NCBI GenBank assembly: GCA_965661285.1
Contig: CBFIDD010000001.1
Span: forward strand, 276,753 to 340,752
Source of the DNA: Poseidonia sp.
GTDB taxonomy: Archaea; Thermoplasmatota; Poseidoniia; Poseidoniales; Poseidoniaceae
DNA: 64,000 nucleotides
Direction: 5' to 3'
Part shown: piece by piece, positions 57,797 to 64,000 of the stretch
How positions within the stretch are numbered: the first letter of the stretch is position 1
Layout of the letters: the number at the start of each line of letters is the position of its first letter
The notes under the pieces: model-generated
Told to the model about the DNA's origin: nothing
Seen by the model: only the letters and a program-made list of their open reading frames with translations
Database searches by the model: none
Program-made: the position numbers and the translations under genes

Positions 57797-58420
57797 ATGG
57801 CTCAACAACTCCGGATTGATGTGCGCCTGCCTCAAGGTCACTGGGCTGGAGACGTAACACGCGACCATCCATCAGCCACGCTGAGAATTGAACAACACAT
57901 GCCCCTCAGCAAAGGACGGGGCACGGCGAGGTGCTGGAGCAACGAGGAAATCCACACCACGGTGCGCGCCCACGGGGGCATCGACAAGTGCACGGAGCCG
58001 GAGGACGGTCGCTTTTCGGTTGACATTTCAGCCGGCGGCGGTGCCTTTCTTCGTCCGCTCGTCGACCTTGGTGTCGTGCCTCGCACACCGTTTGAAGTGC
58101 GAGACGGCTGGGTTGAATGGACCGTGGAGGGAACGCGGGAAACGATGCGGGCACTCGTCAACCGGTTCCGCAGCGATGAAATCCCACACCGCTTGTTGTC
58201 AACCCGAAGCACCGGCAATCGCCTGCTCACGCCACGCCAACGAGAGGTGTTTGAAATCGCTTCACGGGAAGGATACTGGGATGTGCCGCGGCGCATCAAC
58301 CTGACCGAGCTAGCAGGGTTGCTCAACGTGGCGAAATCGACCCTTTCGAACCAACTTCAACGGATTGAGTCTGCGGTCTTTCACGCCTTCACCGACGAAA
58401 TCCGCCGCCAAAGTGGCTAA
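57797..58420 (+). CDS. Bat/HTH_10-type archaeal transcriptional regulator
   Basis: LTPRQREV..IA...GYWDVPRRINLTELA..L.VAKSTLS..L.R.E. Confidence 0.88.
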   Translation: MAQQLRIDVRLPQGHWAGDVTRDHPSATLRIEQHMPLSKGRGTARCWSNEEIHTTVRAHGGIDKCTEPEDGRFSVDISAGGGAFLRPLVDLGVVPRTPFEVRDGWVEWTVEGTRETMRALVNRFRSDEIPHRLLSTRSTGNRLLTPRQREVFEIASREGYWDVPRRINLTELAGLLNVAKSTLSNQLQRIESAVFHAFTDEIRRQSG

Positions 58421-58454
58421 CATGTTCGCACGAACATGTTCGTAAAGGGTATAA
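58419..58454 (+). promoter_or_regulatory. Perfect inverted repeat AACATGTTCG-CA-CGAACATGTT followed by a BRE/TATA-like element (AAAGGGTATAAG) upstream of boxB
   Basis: 10-2-10 inverted repeat at 58419-58440; TATA-like element about 25-30 nt before the ATG at 58479. Confidence 0.65.
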
Positions 58455-58478
58455 GAGGGTCGGGGTTCACCTTGCATC

Positions 58479-59639
58479 ATGGACAACCTACCGAAGACCT
58501 GGGACGACTGGATTGAGAACTTCAAAGCCTGGCAAGACAACGTCGGCTATGACCGTGAGTGGATGGGGAATTTTGACCTCTCCATCCAGTTCGACTGGGA
58601 ACGTGCCGGTGATGTTATCGAATACGGCGACTACGCCGGACGTGCAAAGTGGGAACGCTCCCTCCAGGTGCCCCATCAAAGCATGCGAGACGCACTTGTC
58701 AGCATGATCACCGTCCAAGGCGACACAGAATTTGCATCGGTTGAGCAGCAGCGACATCTCTTGGCTACCGCACCCACCGACTACGACCGCTACGCAGCGG
58801 CCCGCATCATGGCCGAAGAGCAGCGCCACGGCTGGCAAATGGCCTACCTCCTCATGACCTACTTCGGACAGCAAGGACGACGAGAGGCCCAAAAGCTCCT
58901 CGAACGTAACGCTCAGGACGGCGACCGATTGCTCGGCGCCTTCAACCGCCCCATGCCCCACTGGCTGGACTTCTTCTGCTACACCATGTTCGTCGACCGA
59001 GACGGCAAATTCCAACTGGGCATGCTCTCCACCTCGGCCTTCAAGCCGCTCGCTGCCAGCATGGGCCCCATGCTGAAGGAAGAGTCCTTCCACCTGGGTA
59101 CCGGCTCCAACGGATTGCGACGCATCATCAAGGCGGGTGTCATTCCGCTCGACATGCTCCAACGCTACATCAACAAGTGGGTGTCCACCGCCCACGACCT
59201 GTTCGGTGTCGACGAGTCCTCATCCGCCCACTGGGCCTATGTTTGGGGTATCAAAGGACGCTGGGACGAGCGCAAGAAACTCGAAGCCGATGTTGAAGTC
59301 TCTAAGGAAACGCTCAACGAAGAAGCCCGCCAACACTACCACGAAGAGATCGTCGGCGAGGTGCGCAAACTCTGCGGCTACCTGCCGGAGGGTGCAGCCG
59401 AACTCTATGTGCCTCACGAAAACTTCAACCGAGAGATTGGAAACTTCAAGCGCCAACGCTTCACCGTGGAAGGTACACCGTTCAATGGCTCTGACGACGA
59501 ATGGGCAACTTACGTCGCAGAACACCTGCCAACCGCACAGGATGAAGAGGACCTCAAGGAACTGTTCAAGCAGCAATGGGTGGCTGAGAAGCCAATGACG
59601 GCTCGCCAAATCGCCTCCGGCATTGGCGCCAGTGCCTGA
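58479..59639 (+). CDS. boxB: Benzoyl-CoA 2,3-epoxidase BoxB-like di-iron oxygenase
   Basis: QGDTE.ASVEQQRHL, EEQRH, LLGAFN, DRDGKFQL, EESFH, with di-iron ExxH motifs as in BoxB; shorter than canonical BoxB. Confidence 0.8.
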   Translation: MDNLPKTWDDWIENFKAWQDNVGYDREWMGNFDLSIQFDWERAGDVIEYGDYAGRAKWERSLQVPHQSMRDALVSMITVQGDTEFASVEQQRHLLATAPTDYDRYAAARIMAEEQRHGWQMAYLLMTYFGQQGRREAQKLLERNAQDGDRLLGAFNRPMPHWLDFFCYTMFVDRDGKFQLGMLSTSAFKPLAASMGPMLKEESFHLGTGSNGLRRIIKAGVIPLDMLQRYINKWVSTAHDLFGVDESSSAHWAYVWGIKGRWDERKKLEADVEVSKETLNEEARQHYHEEIVGEVRKLCGYLPEGAAELYVPHENFNREIGNFKRQRFTVEGTPFNGSDDEWATYVAEHLPTAQDEEDLKELFKQQWVAEKPMTARQIASGIGASA

Positions 59640-59657
59640 AACCACGAGGTGGATTGA

Positions 59658-60194
59658 ATGATCCCCGTCGCCCTTTACGGCGTGGACGCTGAAATGTGTG
59701 AACGCTTCTTTGAGGATTTGCCCGGCCTGGTGACCGACGCCTACGAAGACCGCTCCTACATCGAGTCGCTTTATGCCGTCCAAGCCGAACAATCGATTGA
59801 ACACATCAGCGTCGCCGACAAGTGGTCCAACCGAACACCCTTCGCCTGGCCTGAAGACATCGTCAACGAGGTTGAGATGGTGCTTCGCACCACGAACTAC
59901 CCCGATGTCTCGTTGCTTGAGCATCTCATGACCTTGGACGACGTTGACGCCCAGCGCATCTCCGAATGGATGCATTTCTCCACGAACTTGTTTCCAATCT
60001 ATTCAGAAAAAGCGTGTGAAACTCTTCAAAAAATGGGCCTCGAAACGCCCTACAGACCCGATGATATTGCCAGCTACGGCCTCTACGTCAACAGGATTGA
60101 AGGTCTCAAGCTCCACGCCCCAGCCGCAGGCTTACCGGAAATCGGGCTGCCCCGAACCCGCATGCTGCAGTTGGGTTTGGAGCGATTTGAATGA
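59658..60194 (+). CDS. Hypothetical protein
   Basis: GAGGTGG SD; ATGA overlap with the next gene. Confidence 0.75.
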   Translation: MIPVALYGVDAEMCERFFEDLPGLVTDAYEDRSYIESLYAVQAEQSIEHISVADKWSNRTPFAWPEDIVNEVEMVLRTTNYPDVSLLEHLMTLDDVDAQRISEWMHFSTNLFPIYSEKACETLQKMGLETPYRPDDIASYGLYVNRIEGLKLHAPAAGLPEIGLPRTRMLQLGLERFE

Positions 60195-61114
60195 ACAACC
60201 TCGGCGTCCATCTCAAGTTGGTGCTCGTCGCTGCGATTTGGGGGTTTGGATGGCCCGCAGGACGTGTCGTGGCGTCGGAAGTTGAACCCATCACAGCAGC
60301 TTGGATTCGCTATGTGATGGTGGTCGTGCTCTTCCTGGTTTTTCTCAAAGCCACAAACCAGTGGACCCTTCCATCCAAAAACCAGTGGAAAAGCGTGGGC
60401 TGGATTGGATTTTTCTCGACCTTCATGTACCAGATTTTATTCATGAACGGCATGGGGTTCACGGCCGCTGGTGACGCCTCCTTGATGATCACGTTCAACC
60501 CGCTGTTCACGGCATTCTTGGCGGTGTTTTTCCTCGATGAACGCATGTCATGGCGCCTTTTGGCCGGGCTTGCCCTCGCCTTCGCCGGCGTTGCCGTCCT
60601 GTTTTTGGCCTCTCCAAACACGGACATCGCAACGATAGACCGCTGGATTGGAAACACCTTCATCGCCGGTTCAGCCTTGGCCTGGGCTGCTTCAACCATC
60701 GTCATGAAGCGGGTCATGACCGACGTACCCAACGATGCAAAGGGCCCCCTGAGCCCGCTGCATTTGACGGTGTGGTCGTCGGTTGTGGGGTTGGCCATTC
60801 TAACGCCGTGGGCCGGCATCGAATCCTACAACGCAGAGTGGGCTACACCGAGCACCAACGCCTGGATTGGCATCGTTTTTTTGGCGGTCTTCTCAACCGT
60901 CGTCTCCTACGTTTGGTTCGCCGATGGCATTCGCATCATCGGCGCCGGCCCTGCCGCCTTCTACGTCTACCTCGTGCCTCCGTTTGGGATTCTTGGCGGT
61001 TGGCTTCTCTTGGAAGAACAACTCGGCGCATCCCTTGTGATGTCCTTTGCGCTCATCGTTGCTGGCGTCGTGCTCGCCCAGTCAAAACAGAAAGGCAACG
61101 GACAAGCATCATGA
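60191..61114 (+). CDS. DMT/EamA family transporter
   Basis: About 10 TM; IWG..W, P.FT..LA..FL.E and YLVP.FG...G.LLL.E repeats. Confidence 0.9.
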   Translation: MNNLGVHLKLVLVAAIWGFGWPAGRVVASEVEPITAAWIRYVMVVVLFLVFLKATNQWTLPSKNQWKSVGWIGFFSTFMYQILFMNGMGFTAAGDASLMITFNPLFTAFLAVFFLDERMSWRLLAGLALAFAGVAVLFLASPNTDIATIDRWIGNTFIAGSALAWAASTIVMKRVMTDVPNDAKGPLSPLHLTVWSSVVGLAILTPWAGIESYNAEWATPSTNAWIGIVFLAVFSTVVSYVWFADGIRIIGAGPAAFYVYLVPPFGILGGWLLLEEQLGASLVMSFALIVAGVVLAQSKQKGNGQAS

Positions 61115-61136
61115 AGGGCGGCGTGATGCCCTCACC

Positions 61137-62021
61137 ATGACGATTGAACGTGTGGCGGTCATCGGTGCCGGTACCATGGGAGCGGGTATTGCTCAAGTTT
61201 GCGCCCAAGCCGGCTGGCAAACCAACCTGTACGATGCTTTTCCTGAGGGACTTGAGCGTGGCATGGAACGCATCGCTGCCTTTTGGGAGAAAGGCATCGC
61301 ACGAGGAAAAACCAGCCCCGAGCAACGGGATGCCTGGTCGGCAAACTTGACCCCCGTGAGCGACCTTGCGCTCGCCGTGTCGGAGGTCGACATGGTGATT
61401 GAAGCCGTTCCCGAGATTCCAGACCTCAAGCACAGCATCTTCGCCCAACTGGACGAACTCGCTCCCGCACACGCCATCCTTGGAACCAACACCTCTTCGC
61501 TGTCCATCGCCGATATTGCTGCGGCAACCCAACGACCAGAACAGGTGATTGGCATGCATTTCTTCAATCCTGTACCCATCATGAAACTCCTCGAACTCGT
61601 TCGCCACGACCGCACATCCGAAGCGACCATTGCTATGGCTCAAGCCGCTGGTGAAGCCATGGGAAAAACATGCATCCTCGTGAAGGACATCCCGGGTTTT
61701 GCTACAAGCCGCCTTGGCGTGGTGCTGGGCAACGAAGCCATCCGTATGCTCGCCGATGGTGTCGCCAGCGCCAAGGACATCGATACGGCCATGGTCCTTG
61801 GCTACAAACATCCAATGGGGCCGCTGGCGCTCACGGATTTGGTTGGCCTTGACGTACGGCGAGATATCCTGCTCAACCTGCAGCGTTCCTTCAACGACGA
61901 GGCCTATGCCCCTCACCCCTTGCTCGAACGCCTGGTTGAGGAAGGTCGCCTCGGAAAGAAAACCGGCAAGGGCATCTACGACTGGTCGACCGGACAGGCG
62001 GAAGAAACCGAGTTTGAATGA
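61137..62021 (+). CDS. 3-hydroxyacyl-CoA dehydrogenase (Hbd/PaaH family)
   Basis: GAGTMGAGIAQ, EAVPE, NTSSLSI, MHFFNP, HPMGPL.L.D.VGLD, G.LG.KTG.G.Y. Confidence 0.93.
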   Translation: MTIERVAVIGAGTMGAGIAQVCAQAGWQTNLYDAFPEGLERGMERIAAFWEKGIARGKTSPEQRDAWSANLTPVSDLALAVSEVDMVIEAVPEIPDLKHSIFAQLDELAPAHAILGTNTSSLSIADIAAATQRPEQVIGMHFFNPVPIMKLLELVRHDRTSEATIAMAQAAGEAMGKTCILVKDIPGFATSRLGVVLGNEAIRMLADGVASAKDIDTAMVLGYKHPMGPLALTDLVGLDVRRDILLNLQRSFNDEAYAPHPLLERLVEEGRLGKKTGKGIYDWSTGQAEETEFE

Positions 62022-62106
62022 GCAAAACCTCACCCACGGATTTATTGAGCAACGGGACATGGTTTGAGACATGGACGGGAACAACCTCACCCCTTGGGGC
62101 GCCATT

Positions 62107-62985
62107 ATGGGCGCCAACGATGATGATGCCAAGGGTACGCAGAACCCCGATGCAACCGAGCCCACACCGGCCGATATCGCCGGGCCGACCCCCGTCCTTC
62201 AACAGCAAATCACGCCTGACATGGTCGCTGCCGGTTATCAACCGGGCACGGTCCCGCGGAAGGTCGTCGTTGGCGACGAAGGGAAAGGACCCAAGATTCC
62301 CATGCTCATCGCAGCCGTTCTCGTGGTCATCGGGCTCATCGGGTTTGGCATCGGTGTTTCGGTAGGTGCTTCGATTGAAGACACGTTCAACAGCCTCTCA
62401 ACCGTCGACTACACGACAGCGATTGGTGACAGCGGCGAACTCGTCCACGACGATGAAGACGGGTTTGGAGAAGAGGGTTGGTACCTGCTGATCCCCGGCG
62501 ACCCAAAGGCCGATGAAAACAACAACAACATCGTGGACGCCTGCGAGGGAGTGGGTTTCTCTGTCGTTGACGAGGATGGGGACGACGCCAGTGAACGCAC
62601 GGCACGAATCTCCTGTTCATTGGACAGAGAAGCCTCGGACACCAACCTGTACGAGCAGTACTTTGACATCGAAGACCACATCATCGTCGCACGTATTTGT
62701 TACACGATTGAAGACGACGTTGGGGCATCGGAACACGATTGTGCGATAGGCGAGACGTTGGCGGTGTCCAATGACGCCGGCATCAACATGTCCGTGGTCG
62801 ACCTCGATGCGATGTACATCGAATCTGGATTTGCCGAAGAACTGCCCACCAAAGGAGGGATTTCGGTCGCCTCGTTCGGTGCCGGATGTTGCTCGGCATG
62901 CGGCGGCGTCATCGCGCTCATCGTCGGTTTGACCCGACTGGGTGGTAAGAAACCAGAGCAACAGGTCCAGTACCAGATGTTGTGA
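62107..62985 (+). CDS. Hypothetical 2-TM protein with acidic, Cys-containing extracellular loop
   Basis: Two hydrophobic helices; GCCSACGG before the second TM. Confidence 0.7.
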   Translation: MGANDDDAKGTQNPDATEPTPADIAGPTPVLQQQITPDMVAAGYQPGTVPRKVVVGDEGKGPKIPMLIAAVLVVIGLIGFGIGVSVGASIEDTFNSLSTVDYTTAIGDSGELVHDDEDGFGEEGWYLLIPGDPKADENNNNIVDACEGVGFSVVDEDGDDASERTARISCSLDREASDTNLYEQYFDIEDHIIVARICYTIEDDVGASEHDCAIGETLAVSNDAGINMSVVDLDAMYIESGFAEELPTKGGISVASFGAGCCSACGGVIALIVGLTRLGGKKPEQQVQYQML

Positions 62986-62986
62986 T

Positions 62987-63766
62987 TCATTCAAAGCTTG
63001 GCGAACGCTTCTCCAAAAAGGCGGCAACGCCTTCTTTGAACGCCTCGGTGGTGCCGGCTGCTTCGATGAGGGTGCGCTCGTGGTCAAGATGAGTTGAAAA
63101 TTCGTTGTCCGTCTGCACGTGCAAGAGGTGTTTGGTCGCCTCTTTGGTGTGCGCACCCCACGAAGACCACACCGTTGCAAGGCCCATCGCCGTGTCGAGA
63201 AGCGCTTCGGGCTCAACAAGAACATCAATCGCACCGTATTCGTGTGCTTCCCGACCCGACCAAATCTCGTTTTGCATGAAAAAACGGCGTGCACGTTGCT
63301 CGCCGACAAGCCGAGGAAGAAGCCACGTCGTTCCGCCGTCCGGCGACAAGCCCATGCCGGCGTAGGAGGCTGCCATCCGGGCATCGTCAGTGCCCACGCG
63401 GGCATCGCAAGCAAGCGCCAGACCGAGTCCACCACCGGCCGAGACGCCGTTGAGGGCGGCCACGACAATGGTGGAGGAGGTGCGTATCCGCTGAAGCAGG
63501 GGGTGAAGCACCCCGGTGAGGTTGCGGATCAATTCGGGAGCGCTGTTGGATTCAATCGAGTCTTGGAAGGCGTTGATATCAGCGCCTGCCGAAAAGAAAC
63601 GGCCGTCCCCGGTGAGCACGATGGCTTTGGTCCCCGCATCCTTCAGACCGTCGTCAACGGCGGCGGCAATCGTCGGCAAAAACGCCATCGAGAACGACTG
63701 CGTGGAGGCCTGACCGGCCATTTTAATCAAACGAATATGGTCGTGTTGCTCGATTTCAACGGCCAT
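62987..63766 (-). CDS. Enoyl-CoA hydratase/isomerase (PaaG-like)
   Basis: FFSAGADI, AGGG.GLALACD, GLSPDGG..W.LPRLVG, EGV.AFLEKR.P.F. Confidence 0.88.
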   Translation of the reverse strand: MAVEIEQHDHIRLIKMAGQASTQSFSMAFLPTIAAAVDDGLKDAGTKAIVLTGDGRFFSAGADINAFQDSIESNSAPELIRNLTGVLHPLLQRIRTSSTIVVAALNGVSAGGGLGLALACDARVGTDDARMAASYAGMGLSPDGGTTWLLPRLVGEQRARRFFMQNEIWSGREAHEYGAIDVLVEPEALLDTAMGLATVWSSWGAHTKEATKHLLHVQTDNEFSTHLDHERTLIEAAGTTEAFKEGVAAFLEKRSPSFE

Positions 63767-63775
63767 GTTTGCACC

Positions 63776-64000
63776 TCAGAGTTTCACGTTCACATTCTTC
63801 ACCTTGGTGTAGAAGCGCAGGGCATCCTGACTTTGCTCAACACCGATACCGGAGTGTTTCCAACCGGTGAACGCTGTTTGAGGGAAGGTGATGGGGTACT
63901 CGTTGATGGAGACCATGCCGCACTCCAAATCCCGTGCCATCTTATGGGCACGACTCAGGTTGTTGGTCCACACGCCGTTGAGCAAGCCAAAGGGCGTATC
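63776..64000 (-). CDS. Aldehyde dehydrogenase, C-terminal part (5'-partial)
   Basis: DTPFGL.NGVWT, G.V.IN, AFTGWKHSGIG.E, YT.VKNV. Confidence 0.85.
   Translation of the reverse strand, partial: DTPFGLLNGVWTNNLSRAHKMARDLECGMVSINEYPITFPQTAFTGWKHSGIGVEQSQDALRFYTKVKNVNVKL

Noticed and set aside
58431-58442. LexA/Cheo SOS box
   Set aside because: Spacing is GAAC-N2-GTTC, not N4; the host is archaeal and the downstream gene is catabolic

Overview
Gene-dense, GC-rich window that looks archaeal: it carries carS, orc1/cdc6, a TBP-fold gene, a CoaD/DUF359 fusion and a Bat-type HTH regulator. The gene set and the large secreted proteins suggest Marine Group II Euryarchaeota (Poseidoniales); this is an inference, no search was run. 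The main finding is a tightly coupled minus-strand operon: fabI-type enoyl reductase, then a 2943-aa type I PKS/FAS megasynthase (KS-AT-pseudoACP-KS-ACPx3-KR-DH), then an Sfp-type phosphopantetheinyl transferase. Together these encode a complete ACP-dependent reductive chain-extension cycle in an archaeon, and all three carrier domains have Thr (GIDT) instead of the usual Ser at the phosphopantetheine site. Also present: biotin carboxylase, BioY, a desaturase/hydroxylase next to an NADPH reductase, dispersed box-like aromatic-CoA degradation genes with a perfect operator upstream of boxB, a TLESW voltage-gated Na+ channel, a degenerate TBP paralogue, an exact ORB core in an AT-rich gap, a candidate ~280-nt structured RNA upstream of the CoA synthesis gene, tRNA-Gly(TCC) and a giant S8 protease with TSP3-like repeats. 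No CRISPR array, rRNA or mobile element was seen.
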